From Utricularia gibba (taxonomy: Eukaryota > Plantae > Magnoliophyta): a DNA stretch of 64,000 nt. Below are positions 1-13,374 of the stretch, piece by piece. A program made the position numbers and the translations under genes. Where the stretch lies: assembly GCA_002189035.1 (NCBI GenBank), contig NEEC01000014.1, forward strand, positions 868,001 to 932,000. The letters run 5' to 3'. A model generated the notes under the pieces. That model saw only the letters and a list, made by a program, of their open reading frames with translations, did no database searches and was not told the DNA's origin. The stretch's first letter is position 1, and every line of letters begins with the position of its first letter.

Positions 1-3000
1 ATAGCAATATAGGGAAAGAGAATAATTACAACTGAAGCAGCAGCAGCCGCAACTCTTCGACTAACACTTGTTCCCAGTACAAACCTTTCCCTCATTGCAG
101 CAGCTTCAGTCAGGCTGTCCCTAGCTCTTTCCAGGCCTTCAGTTATGTATGAACTGACCTGAAATGGTGAAACAGAAAATGAAGAAGAGAATAATACCCC
201 AGGAAAAAAAATGGGGAATAGAGCTTTGTCTACCTGGCCCAAGAGGCAGGTGAAAACAGCCCGAACATAAGCTGCATGTGCAGCAGGCTACACCAAAATG
301 TGATGTGAGTTACATGCTAAAAGTTACGAAATTAACATAAAGAACAAGCCAAAATCCCATCATTCAAACGCATGTAAACACTTGTGATATATACCTGTGA
401 AGAAAACAAAGATGATCTAGTTATAGCTTCTTCATTCCAGCGCACAAACTCAGCGACAACAGTGACAGATATTTGCTGCTGTGAAGATGATATGGAAGCT
501 CCCTTAGAACGTCCAATAGATCCAGTTGGTTCGGAGGTTTGATAGCTCTCAGCCTGGAGTTCAGCCATCTGCATAACAAGCACAAAATTATAAACCATCC
601 GCTACAGTCTAAGAGAGGAGGTTGCATTGGAAATCAGCTGTTTCCATCCCACCTTCGATTTATAAAGTTGCCTAAGAGAAGCCTGCTCGCATTCTATGTA
701 AATATCCTTGTGGGGAAGAAAGAGAGATTCAATCAAGCCTAAAAAGGATAAAAGGACAATTAGAGAAACTCAACAGCCATATTATATATACCAGCCCAAA
801 TCATGGTCCTGCTCACGCTAGAGATTTTCTGTACCTTCAACGTCCAAGTCACCACAACCGACACTGCGTAAATCTCTAGCAAGGTCCAGAGTCTTTTCGT
901 ATGCTACTGCCAGCAGTCTAAGATACTAATGATAATAAAAAAGTGTTTCAGCCAATGTTGCATGTATACTCATAAGCTGTTAAAAATAATTGAAGGAACT
1001 CACTAATATAAGTCCTCCATCTTCCATGGGAGGTGGATTAGCCAAAGATGGTTTGATCAATAGTTTGTCAAGAAGTTTAGGGACTCTGTCCACCAAGACA
1101 CGCTACCAAAAAACAAAAAAAAAAATAACCAACTCAAGCTTATTAGTAACCATGATTGAACACATGAGAAATTCAAAAACTCAGAGGTGAAATACACATA
1201 ATTTAAAAAAAATGAACTGAAAATTATCCACCATGTAATAATCTACGAGCAATATAATTTGAAAAATGCGAAGCACCTGAACAAGTATTGACATGACGTC
1301 ATTTGGAGAAGGAAAGACAGCCGTTATTGCAGCTGCTTCTTTTCTTATGGTGTCTGAACACATGGCAAGAGTTAATGAGATAGCCGTTGAACATGAAATA
1401 CTCATAAGCACTTGGAGACGTTCAGACCTGTTATTTCTTTGTAAACTGAAGAAAGTCCACGTGAAACATTGCTTGGACTGAGTGGACTACCAGGCTCACC
1501 AAGAACTATTTTTGCATCTTCATTCATTACCTCTGGATCAAACATGGGGCGAAGGCCAACATAATGTTGCATTGCACTCGTGCCCCGATTAAACTGAATC
1601 CAAAAAAATGCCATGTGAGAAGGACGAGGGAATCACCTTACACAATGCTTGTACGAAATAGCCAAGATTATAAGACAGAGACAATTCCTAGTTGCTGTAA
1701 TGTAAAATAAATAATGCCTAGCAAAATACCTATGGGCTTAAACTTTCACGTACATGGTTTTAACCTTCTCAAGTGGAGTCATAACAAGATATAAGAAGAG
1801 TGATGTACTTTCAAATCAGATACCACACTGAAAAATTAACCAATGCACCTTTGACAAGATCTTTGCACATTCTGCCATAGTAGATAGCTCGCGCTTTTGT
1901 GATGCTGAATCAAATCTAGACAATAATCTGTTTTCCAGTTCTACAAGTTTGGATAAGAAATCAGCTCTCTTCCTTTAGTATTTACTGCAAAAATTAAAGT
2001 ATTTTTCTACAAATACCATTGCAGTATTCTTGGAGATTAGCAACTGCCACCTCCAGTCCTCTGCTGGCATTGGCACTCCCCACAACTGCAGAGGATCCAA
2101 TACCTCGTCTTCCAATATCTTCTTCCGCAAATGATCCTTGAAGGTGAAATTTCCAGAATTACCAGACGTTAAATTTATAGTAATTTATTTAAAAGGAAAT
2201 TTTCGAGTTTCAGGGAACTAGTTCATAAAGCTACCCACGGCATTCAACCTTTGACCCTAAAAATTAAAAGGCTATAAATTTCGCTCATGTTAATGCTTAC
2301 TCAATTTCTGTGCAATCGAAGCTGCTTCTGCCACACGGCTATCATCAGAAAAGAGTGGTGAAAGTTCCATCAGGTCACCAGGAGTACTGTTAAACTCCAT
2401 CAAGTACTGCAGAAGTAAATTTTCTCCAGCAATTGGATTCTATGTACGGATAATCAATTGCATCCACACTCAGATAACATTTACAAAAATAATCAAGACG
2501 TACCTTAATTAGATCTATAGTCTGGCTTGCTGTTTCTCGCTGTGCATCAGCACTCTGACGAGTTTAACAAGGAATCAAAATTAATAAAAAATTTGAGGCA
2601 GGAGAGAAGTACAAAAGCAAATGTAATAGCAGAAAACTTATACGAGGCACTTTATTGAATTGCTCAAAAAAGAGATTATTGAATTAATAATCCGATGTTG
2701 CAAGTGCCCTTGATTAGCTAGCTTAAAGGGGAATATCCTAAAACTTAAATTGAGGATTTGAACCTTGATGCAAAAAAAGACATAATATCCTTCTAACCAT
2801 TAATCCACTTGCCTACGAAAAAGAGAAAAGAACCACATGCATAACCTGCAGATGGTCTCCTATCTTGGCTGCAGTTTGCCCGACACTCGATATACGAGAA
2901 TCCAACCTAGCAAAACTGTCAAACAAGCCATCAACACCTTTCTCCAGCTGCAAACAACATGATGGAGGCCAAGATTATTAGCTAGTGTATTCATGCCCAT

Positions 3001-3700
3001 AGACCACAATATGAAAAAAACTCGCGGTTGCATTTGAATGGAGACTCTTTTATTTAATTTAATAGAAACAAAAAAAAGTAAAATGACCTCCCCTAGTGTC
3101 TTCCTGTGCTTGGATTCCTGAGCAGAAACCTCTTTCTTCAGATTAGAAAGGTTCTCGTCAACCTTAATAAGGTAGAAACATTACAAAGGTCATCAAGCAG
3201 GTTATGACAAGTAATCGGTATAAAAAAACCTTAACTTTCACCTGTTTTTTGAGGTCGATCAACTGCATACATGAATTCTTAAACGAAGACAAGAGAGTAT
3301 CAACTTCAGGAAATAAAGGACTTGATTGTCCCTGAGCTACATTCTGATTATCAGAAGTCGCTCGCAAATGCCCATTTGGCAAGAAATCATTAGCACCATG
3401 TCCATCTGAAGTATCAGTGTCTTCATCCAGATAACCAGATAGAAGGTCATTCACTAAGTTTCCAAAAAGCGCATCAAATGAAAAGTCCCCCTACGCAAAC
3501 AGGAACACATCATTCACACGTTTGCATCTTACATTACAGATCACAACCAAGTGGGCTGAACTGAATATAAATCAAACAGAAAACACTAACCACTAATTTC
3601 ACGTTACCTTGAAATCATCAATATCGAGAACAAGCGGACGGGACACAGCCGATGAAGATTTTGATAACCTATCAATCCTCATCCCGTCTTTCTCCTTCAT
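1..3700 (-). CDS. SEC10: Exocyst complex component SEC10 (multi-exon, 3' part continues beyond window start)
   Basis: ATG at 3700; exon 1 3700-3608 [31 protein letters not shown], exon 2 from 3490 [17 protein letters not shown]...[11 protein letters not shown]; later exons [74 protein letters not shown]; GT-AG boundaries where checked. Confidence 0.95.
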
Positions 3701-4480
3701 CAGCAACAATATAAGAATCCGCTGGTACCTTCCGGCAACACTTCTGCTTCCAACCACCGAATCGCGCACAATTCACAGGCAGAAAAGGCATCAATAACAC
3801 TGACCGGAGCTTCAAGAGACCGTACCAAAGATTCGTCTTTTTTTTCTTTTTCTTTTTTTTTCCTTCGAGATGACCAAGCAAAAGGGAAATGGGCCCGGCA
3901 CGAAAAGGCACGGCCCGATGACAACCCATGACTACCGGGCCCAATAATACGCTTTTTGGCTGAGCTTCTTCCGCAGCGCTGCTCTGATTTCTCGTCATCA
4001 AAGTTGACGAGATCTCCCGTTGGCTGCGAAGCTTTTTTTTTTTTTTTTTTGAAAAATAGCTTGAGAAAGTCAAACATTCCAGGGATTGCAAGTCAATTTT
4101 GAAAGAATGATTCTTTACGCAAAAACAGCATAGATGTAGCTGTAATAGAGTTCATTGTGAGGCTTTGTTGACGCTAAATGGCTGTTCAATCAACAATGGA
4201 GGTCAAAGAAACGCTATTCTTTATGCCAGCTATTGTCCAGATGATTGTCACCTTCATCTGTTGGCACCCGCCTTGGAAATTTGGCGGTTTTTCCGAGCTA
4301 TTGATCGTCAACTCCTCCCCGCGTTGTTTCGGAGTTGTGAAATAGTGCTAATTTTTAGGATTTTTTGTGGGCTGTTTCCATCCATGGAGAGCTTTTTCTA
4401 GTTGATTTTCTTGTTTCTTGTTGGTATGGTTTTGTGTTGGATTCCCTATATCTCTTGGAGGGATTCGAAGATTTTGAAAA

Positions 4481-6386
4481 ATGATGGTATGGGAATGCCT
4501 TTTACATCTAATGCTTTGCGGCTCTATTTTCTTGGTAATTGAGGGCTCAAGACTCCTTCCATCTCAACACAATGAGATATTCCAGGGTACGATTATTCTG
4601 TTCTTTTGAGCTCAGCGGGGTTAGAATCCAGATATAAATGAAGTTTTTGTTTCATGTGAAAATAGGGTGTTGTTTCAAACAAATTTGAAATTCGAGATCA
4701 TTTTTTGAAGTTCTAGGAAAATGGCGAGCTTAATTGTCAGGGTTTGTATCTTTATTGGATTTTGTCAATACAGTGGTCTATAAAAATTTCTTCTTCTTCT
4801 TCCTCTTGTGAAATGAAATCATGTGACTGGTTTTAGTTATTTTGGAAATGGTAGCCTGAGTCTGAAGCTGGTATTGCTGATTCATTTTCTCTCGTTTCGC
4901 ATCATTTTCTTCATTTGTGACCATGAACTTAAGAAGAAAAAATCCAGTATCTTATTATATTTCGAAGAGTTCTCTGTGTTTTGCTTGTTTAATTAGTATT
5001 CCTCTACAGAGGGACTTTTTCCTTTTGCATATTCATTGAAATCCTTTTGAGTTTGTACTGAAATGCTCTCACAAAATTATTTAGGTAGTGCTGGTGATGT
5101 CTTGAAAGATGATCCAGTGAGGAGGCTGAAGGTATTTGTGTATGATCTCCCTGGAAAATACAATAAAAAGATGGTACAAAATGATCCCAGATGCCTCAAG
5201 CATATGTTTGCAGCCGAGATTTATATGCACCGGTTCCTTCTTTCAAGCCGCGTTCGCACCCTCAACCCTGATGAAGCCAACTGGTTTTACACACCTGTAT
5301 ATACTACTTGTGATTTAACCCCAATGGGGCACCCAATGCCCTTCAACTCGCCACACCTGATGACAAGTGCTATACAACTAATTGCATCAAAGTGGCCATA
5401 CTGGAACAGAACAAATGGAGCTGATCACTTCTTCATTGTGCCCCATGATTTTGGTGCTTGCTTTCACTATCAGGTAACTTTTACCTTTTCAACATGGTTT
5501 ACACTGATGTTGATGATACTTTGTATTAGGGAGTCAAGTTTTCTGCTCTGTTTGAATTCAGGAAGACAGAGCAATACAAAGAGGGATTCTGAAGTTGCTG
5601 CAACAGGCTACATTAGTCCAAACATTCGGACAAAGAAACCATGTTTGCTTGAAAGATGGCTCAGTTATAATTCCTCCATATGTACCTCCCAAGAAAGTAC
5701 AAGCGCATCTGATTCCTCCCAACACTCCTCGATCAATCTTCGTTTACTTCAGAGGCTTGTTCTACGATCCTGGAAATGATCCAGAAGGTGGCCATTATGC
5801 AAGGTATTCCATTCTCACCTCCATCTCTGTGAACTGAGGATGGTCAAAATAAGTTGTCCTGAGTTTGTTTTTATTTACTCCCTACCAATATTTCAGGGGT
5901 GCTCGTGCAGCACTTTGGGAGAACTTCAAAGACAATCTCCTATTCGACATCTCAACAGATCACCCAAGGACATACTACGAGGACATCCAGAGATCTATTT
6001 TCTGCTTATGCCCACTGGGATGGGCTCCATGGAGCCCAAGGCTGGTTGAGTCAGTAGTATTTGGGTGCATACCTGTGATCATAGCCGACGATATCCTCTT
6101 GCCGTTCGCAGATGCGATACCGTGGGATGAAATCGGAGTTTTTGTCAGGGAGAAAGATGTTCCCAAGCTGGACGAAATCCTCACCTCCATACCCATTGAT
6201 GACATACTCAGGAAGCAAAAGCTACTAGCCGATCCTTCCACTAAACAAGCACTGCTCTTCCCTCAGCCTTCTCAGCCAAAGGATGCATTCCATCAGATTT
6301 TGAATGCGTTGGCGCGTAAGTTGCCACTGGGAGGCGACGAGATCCTCCCATGGACTCCTGAGAAGCCGGATCCGTCATCAGAGTAG
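4481..6386 (+). CDS. IRX10L: GT47 (exostosin family) xylan beta-1,4-xylosyltransferase, IRX10/IRX10L-like, 4 exons
   Basis: Exon 1 4481-4586 encodes a signal/anchor (MMVWECLLHLMLCGSIFLVIEGSRLL...), spliced to 5085 GSAGDVLKDDPVRRLKVFVYDLP; motifs HMFAAEIYMH, DHFFIVPHDFGACFHYQ, IFVYFRGLFYD, FCLCPLGWAPWSPRLVES; stop at 6386. Confidence 0.93.
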
Positions 6387-8590
6387 ACAATGAACCTTCG
6401 AAAACCCCAGCAACAAATCCCCAAAGGACCGCCAACGGCAGAGGATAAACCAGCAGCTGAAGGTTACAGATCCCCTGATATGGAATGATGGAAGTCTAGA
6501 AAGGAAGTTGCTTAAAGTTCTTCAGTCACGTTCTATATTTAGCTATTTCTTTAAAAAAAAGAAAAAAAAAAAGAAATAGATTAAGATTTTTTTTTTTTTA
6601 AAAAAAAGCCTTCCCAGACCGTCGTTGACTTTTCCTGTACGAGAGGGAAGACGTAAATGGGCGTGGCCCAATAAGATCAATTGCATCAGGCCTGTAGGTA
6701 GTGTCTATACAAGGTGCGTTAATGGGCTATAGGCCCAATTTCGAACCTATGTTTTAAAAACCACGATGAAACCGTAAATTGATCATCAAAATGATTAGAT
6801 TAAATTCGAATCGTTTTAAAATACGAAAAAAAATGAATCATGATATGATCATAATAAATCGTTCGTGACAAACAATTCATGTTTATTATTCTTTAATTCT
6901 CAATATGAATGTAATTTTGAGTGGAATTATGGACGAAGACGAGGTATGATGTGTAGTGTATGGTATGGAATGGAATGGGGTTAGGTGGAGCATTATGGTT
7001 GGGAGAAAGGGAGTGAAAACAACAGTTTGTGAAATAGAAATGGATACTGGCAAGTGAAGTCATGGCCAACAAATTTGAATTGAATGATCAGGAGACATGC
7101 CACCACACCCATCGCTTTCAGACAAGCACCCGCCCCGCCCCGACCCGACCCGACCCGACTTCAATTCCATTCCATTTCAACGAGTTATTACCAGCAGCAG
7201 CAGGAGCAGCAAGCAAGCAAGCATGAGCACATGGCGCGCAGCCCAGATATGGATTCCACGTATGCACCACCACCGCCTGCCTGCGTAGTACACATGGGAC
7301 ACGCAACGACCTCCCGCTGTCCAAATTTAAGTCCGATGGATGACGGCCTCCGACCGGGTCGCGAGCCGAGGCAGTTAGTTATAAGATATGCGGGGGCGCT
7401 GGAGAAACGGCCAAACTTGTATGATTGGATCTCGGAGCTGCCAAGACATGATGATAAGAACGCAGACACACACAGGGCCACCCCCACTACAGTCATCACC
7501 TCGCCCTCCTTTTTTTTTTTTTTCCTTTCTTTTGGAAAAACCCCCAAACAAGAGCTTCTTTTTGGGGGCCACCCCCCCAGCTGGGCCATTCAAGCGTAGT
7601 TCTCTGGATTGCGGATTTAGGGTTTATTTTTTATGGGAATCAGAGTGGGCAGGCAGGCAGCCTTTATTTGTCTGTGAGCGGACGGAGGAGAAACTGGATG
7701 ATTCAGTGGGGACTGAGGAGGCTTCTTCTGGGAATCTGCCCACTCCAGATGCTCTACCACTTTTTCCCTGTATTAACATTTCTTTCGTAAAAAAAACAAA
7801 AAAAAAGCATCCCTCTGCTTTTCTCGCTGTGTTACTGCAATTTGGTTCACAAAAACGAGCAAAAGATTGGGGGGAAAAAGGCTTGATTTGAGGTCATCTC
7901 TTCACATGCATGCTCCAGTTTGCCAGCTCTGCGTTTTTCCCCACTTGTCTCCTTCAACCAACTTTCAATGCTACATCAACACCCACACACCAAAGACTCG
8001 GTTCTTTTTTTGCCAGATTGGCCTCACCTTCAGCAAGAGACGGCGACGGCAAGGCCCCTTGAGCCTCACCTCCGCCGCTCCTACTCGTCGGCAACGATAC
8101 CCTCCTCCGTCTGCAATACTCGATCACTTCTTAAAATCAAAAATTCTTTTTTTTTAAAAGGAAATGTGGGAATTTAGAGACGAACTAGGGCACGAAAATC
8201 CAACGGCATCCAAACTGTCGGCTCGCGTCTGGGCGGTGATGAGATGACAAATCTGCATATTACAGCAGACGAATATTTTATCATTATTTGTGAATTAAAA
8301 AAAAGAAAGGAAAATAGTGGCACGTCACAGATAAGTAACTGCTAGTAGATGCACATTAAATTTCTACCCGGTTTAAAATAAAACTCCGATGGGAGACATA
8401 TGCCCCTCCCTGTGTGGCGACTCATCCAACATCGTCCTCAGTCACCCCTTCCGATCCACCACATCCGGCTCCCCTGGACCGGAGCGGGAACCAGACAGAC
8501 AGGGAGCCCTTTTCCAATCGCCATAATGATCCGCAGCAGAGGAAATGAATACCGGTGGTCGGCAAGGCTGCCCCGCCGGGGTTCCACCGG

Positions 8591-8614
8591 GGCTGGCTGG
8601 CTGGCTGGCTGGCT
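8591..8614. repeat. (GGCT)6 microsatellite
   Basis: Direct read of the sequence. Confidence 0.9.
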
Positions 8615-9572
8615 GGCGAGAGGGATGTGCCCACGACAGATATGAAATCAATCAATCCATTTCATGCCTTGCTGTTCGCTATGTCTTCTTATATTATACT
8701 CACTCCTCTCAGCACACCCATTGCCTTTACTCTCATCCAGACCAGTGACCTGCTATGTCCTAGTTCTTACGAGATTAGGATAAAATGAGTTTAATTCATT
8801 CGAATCGAAATAAAATAAGGAAGAACAATATTTTTAACATGTTTGTTTTGATTACTATGAATTCATTCGTTAAATTAAAAATTATAAACTTTTTATAGAG
8901 TATTTTTTTCGAGTTATCTACATTGATTTTTCATAATCTTATCTATCAAACACATAGAACGATTTACTCTTTCTTTACATCAAATAACCTATTTCAAACA
9001 TTTAACTCTCACCGTTTTACTTTCGAAAAAAAGAATTCATACAAAATTTATATGATCATTCTGTTCAATAACATTCTATTTCATGTCTGTAATCAATATG
9101 AAATTTCATTTCGCTGTGGGTACAAAACATCACATTATGTTAAACCTTATGTTGCTAGGGAATGGCATCCTTTCGGGATGTGTTGGGAGGTGAATAGGTG
9201 AAATGATTTTTGGTTAAGACAGGAAAGAAAGAGGGGAGTTGGAGGAAATATCGGTGTCGATGGATGGGGGGAGATGGGGGCCGCGGTGGTTCCAAGGCGT
9301 TAGGACAAGATGAGGGGGAAGTGGGGCAGCCTGGTTTGGGACAAGGCAAGACCCAAATGGACAGGACAGCCTTTTGTTTTTTGTTTCCCTTCGCCGTAGC
9401 CATAGGCCACATACACAACACCACCCCCCCATCGCCATGTGCCGCCATTTAAGACCTCCCTTCCAAAACACCAACTCCCACTCTGCCCTGCCCTCCCACT
9501 TCTCTCCCACCCTAACTACAAACTTAAAACATGCCTTGTCGGCTAAACCCACCCACTTACACCAAAACCCAA

Positions 9573-9596
9573 AACCCGAACCCGAACCCGAACCCG
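9573..9596. repeat. (AACCCG)4 microsatellite
   Basis: Direct read of the sequence. Confidence 0.85.
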
Positions 9597-11416
9597 ATTC
9601 ATATATGGATGATAACGGGGTTAAGGATTGGTGCTGCCATATGTAGCCCCGGCGGACTAACTGCCTTTTCACTAACTGCGGGGACCATGTTCGAATTGGG
9701 AATTCATAAATAATGTGAGGGACCAAAGCCTTCTTCTTTTTTTTTGTTTGAAATTTGCATGGAGTGAGTGAGTAGGGCAGCTATTACACAGTATCGGGGT
9801 TAGGGCAGGAGGTGTACGGGATGTCTTTGATGTATTTATAGTTTTGAAGTAATGGTAATATGAACTGGGGTGGGTGTCTGGTAGGCAGTCGTTAGTGAGA
9901 TCTTTGAGCTGGGGGGTACATGTGTAGTGTAATAAAGAGTTCATTATCGCACAAAACAGCGATTGTGGGGCAGAATCTGGTCCAAACTCTTGAAATCGAA
10001 AAGGACCTGCTGCACATAATTCTGCAATCTCTTCAATCCGGAAACCTATGTCTCAGAAGCCCGTACGCTCTGTATTTATAGAAGTAGTTTTACTTGCAAG
10101 CACTTATGACAACCCAAACCATCCCCACAACCCCAGCTGAATCCCTCTTATCTTATCTCCCCATGTCATGCCCGACGGCGCTGATTCATCATCGACAAAA
10201 CAAAAAAAAAAAGACAGAACTATATATATTACTGTGATTCACAGAGATGCAGGAGTCTTTTCTTTTCTTCTTTTTCTTCAGTAAATGAGGTTTAGGAGAC
10301 TTGTTCAGTTGTGTGAAGCAGAAGAAAGGAATCCCAAAGTGGCACATGGTGGAGTTAGCTTGTCCCATTCACATTATTCCACGATATGAACACAGACTAC
10401 ACACAAAGTAGTGTAAACTCAGCGTTCACATAGTTTATCAGTTAACGCTTTTCCGGAATCCGGTGCCCTTCTGAGAAGACTCCGCCGGCGATCCATCTAG
10501 CCCGCCAACAACAGCACAAGGAGGAGACTGATTTAGGGTTTCTCCCTACTGGAGGAAGAAGAAGAAGAAAACAGACGTCGTCGTATCAGCGTAATTTTGA
10601 TGAAGATGGAATCCCATCATCCCACTTGACGTGCCAACAAACGCGACCTCGCGATCAAAGATTAAATAAAAGGACAGCGGCGTTTAAACGAATCTTAGAC
10701 ATAAGTATGTGTCAAGGAAAGGCTGTCGGGGAGGCCGGGAGGGTCAAACATGCATGTAATGAAGCCTTCCCTGTCTTAACAAATCAATCCACTTATTAAC
10801 ACAAAATAAATAAATAAATAAATAAATTCAGAATTTAATGCCCCCGTCACATTTATTAAGTGTCAGAATAATGTTTTTTTAGCATATGGTCTGAATTAAA
10901 ATAAAATTACAAAACAGCTGGAAAAAACACCTCCTCAACAGTTTAAGTAACAAAGTTGTTGTACATGATATAAATGCCTCATCGACCCACTGCGCTGTGT
11001 CTCACCTCTCCCTCCCCAAAATACACATTTTTTGTTAATTTTTAATTTCTTGTTTTTTGGGTTTTGTGGGTCATAAATCAAATATTTCCAAAAATATTAA
11101 AATAAAAAAAATTGGGAAAGATACGTATCTCTGAGGGCATCACCTGTGTCCTCGTTTCACACCTCAAGTGTGTGAGAGAGAAATGCTATTATAAAAAAAA
11201 TCGATATTTATATAGTATGAAATTATATTATTTATCAAAAAGTGAAGGAAAAAAAGACACAAGTTGACCTTTTAAAGACTTACTAGAAATTTTCTTTTTT
11301 TCTTCGTCTTCTTGGAGTCCTCCTCTTTCTCTCTCTCTCTCCTGGCTGTCTGTATAAAGCCACATTTCTCGGTTTAAGAAGGGATTCCATTTCATTACAT
11401 TACCCAATTGGAGGAA

Positions 11417-13374
11417 ATGGAGAACTGGGTGTTGACTCTCTTCATCTCCTATTTTCTGATGGTCGTCTTCTTCAAAGGGGTGATTCACATTTGGTGGACG
11501 CCGCGAAGGATCGAGAATCATTTCAGGAAACAAGGGATTTTTGGCCCCAAATATCAGCTTCTCCTGGGTAACTTGAGGGAGCTCGCCAGCTTGAACCTCT
11601 CAGCTTCTTCTCAGTCGTTCGCGCTCACCCACAACATTCTTCCCAGAGTGCTGTCGTTTTACAGCCACTGGAAGAAGATTTACGGTCTCTGGTTTTGTGG
11701 TCTCTGTTTTTCTCTAAGAGCATTGTGGTTTTTGTGCTCACAGAATGGTTTCTTTTTTTACTTTGTTCAGGATCGATTTTCATTGTCTGGTTCGGGACGA
11801 CTCCCAGGCTGATGATTTCGGACCCGTCTCTGATTCGGGAGATCTTCATCAACAAATCGGAGTTCTTTGAGAAGAACGAATCTCCGCCGCTCGTTCGGAA
11901 GATTGAAGGCGACGGCTTATTGAGTCTGAAAGGGGAGAAATGGGCTCACCACAGACGAATCATACAGCCAGCTTTTCACGCAGAGAATCTCAAGGTAGTG
12001 TGTGTCTGTGCGGTTTTCGAGTTTTTTGGTGAGGAAAAGTTGGTGAAAACGGAAAAAAGAATGATTTGTTTTGTTGGGTAGCAGATGATGATACCGATGA
12101 TGGCCAAGAGCGTCGAGTCGGCGGTGGCGGAGTGGTCGGAAAAAATAGGCGGCGACGGCGGCGGAAAAGTCGAAGTAGAAGTTTCTAAATGGTTTGAGAA
12201 TCTTGTGGAAGAAGTAATCACTAGAGTTACCTTCTGTAACAGCAGTTACGAAGCCGGCCGCGCCATTTTACAGCTCCAATCTCAGCAAATGGTCCACGCC
12301 ACCGAAGCTTATCAAACCGCCTTCATCCCCGGATACAGGTCTCGCCCCCCATTCCTATTCCCAATTCCAGCATTACCATCATCATACATGAACCAATTTG
12401 TGAATTCCGATCCACCAGATTCATGCCGACCAGGAAGAACATACTGTCCCGGCGACTGGAGATCGAAATCCGTGAGTCGTTGATGAACCTGATCCGCGGG
12501 CGTGGAAAACCGTCGGACTCCGAAACGGGATGGGGGTTGCTGGAGGTGATGCTGTCGGAGAAGAAGGGGATGACGCCGAAGGAGGTGGTGGAGGAGTGCA
12601 AGACGATCTTCTTCGCCGGGAAACACACGACGTCGAATTTGCTGACGTGGACGACGGTGCTGCTAGGCATGCACCCGTATTGGCAGGATCAGGCACGTGA
12701 GGAGGTTATGAGAGTTTGCGGGGCACGTGACACCCCAACTCGAGATGATCTACCCAAGCTAAAAACGGTACCCGTCATAAAAAAGCCAAACTCCTCTTTA
12801 CTCCCCCTCCGCCCCCGTGGTCCCCCCCCCCCCCCCCTCTCCCAAATATTTTCAAAAATAATAAATATTTAAAGAAAAAAAACTCCACGTTTCCTAATAA
12901 ATATTTTTTTAATAGCTGGATTTATGACGTGTCATATTGTGAATGCAGCTGAGCATGATCCTGAACGAGTCCCTACGCCTCTACCCACCGGCGGTGGCGA
13001 TAATCCGACGAGCCGCGGCGGATGTGCAGTTGGGAGCTTTCCGGGTCCCGCGCGGCACGGAGGTGCTCATTCCGATCCTCGCGATACACCATGATCCGAG
13101 CATCTGGTGCAGCGACCCGCAGGAGTTCAACCCGGCACGGTTCGCGAAGGGCGTGGCTCATGCGGCCAAGCATCCGATGGCCCTGATGCCTTTCGGAATG
13201 GGCGCTCGCCGATGCATCGGCCAGAATCTGGCCATCTTGCAGGCCAAGCTGGCGATGGCCATCATCCTGCAACGCTTCTCCTTCGAGCCCGCGCCGAGCT
13301 ATCAGCACGCACCTTCGGTGCAAATACTACTGCACCCTCAACATGGTGCACCCATCGTGTTTAGGAAACTATAA
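11417..13374 (+). CDS. CYP734A: Cytochrome P450, CYP734A (BAS1-type brassinosteroid C-26 hydroxylase)-like, 5 exons
   Basis: HNILPRVLSFYSHWKKIYG, EGDGLLSLKGEKWAHHRR, I-helix FFAGKHTTSNLLTW, ExxR (ESLRLYPP), FNPARF, heme motif FGMGARRCIG, C-terminal HAPSVQILLHPQHGAPIVFRKL; exons about 11417-11684, 11771-11994, 12085-12338, 12420-12767, 12950-13374. Confidence 0.9.

Noticed and set aside
12822-12836. Poly-C run (and poly-G at about 62608) as functional G-quadruplex elements
   Set aside because: Simple intronic homopolymers whose lengths are unreliable in this assembly.
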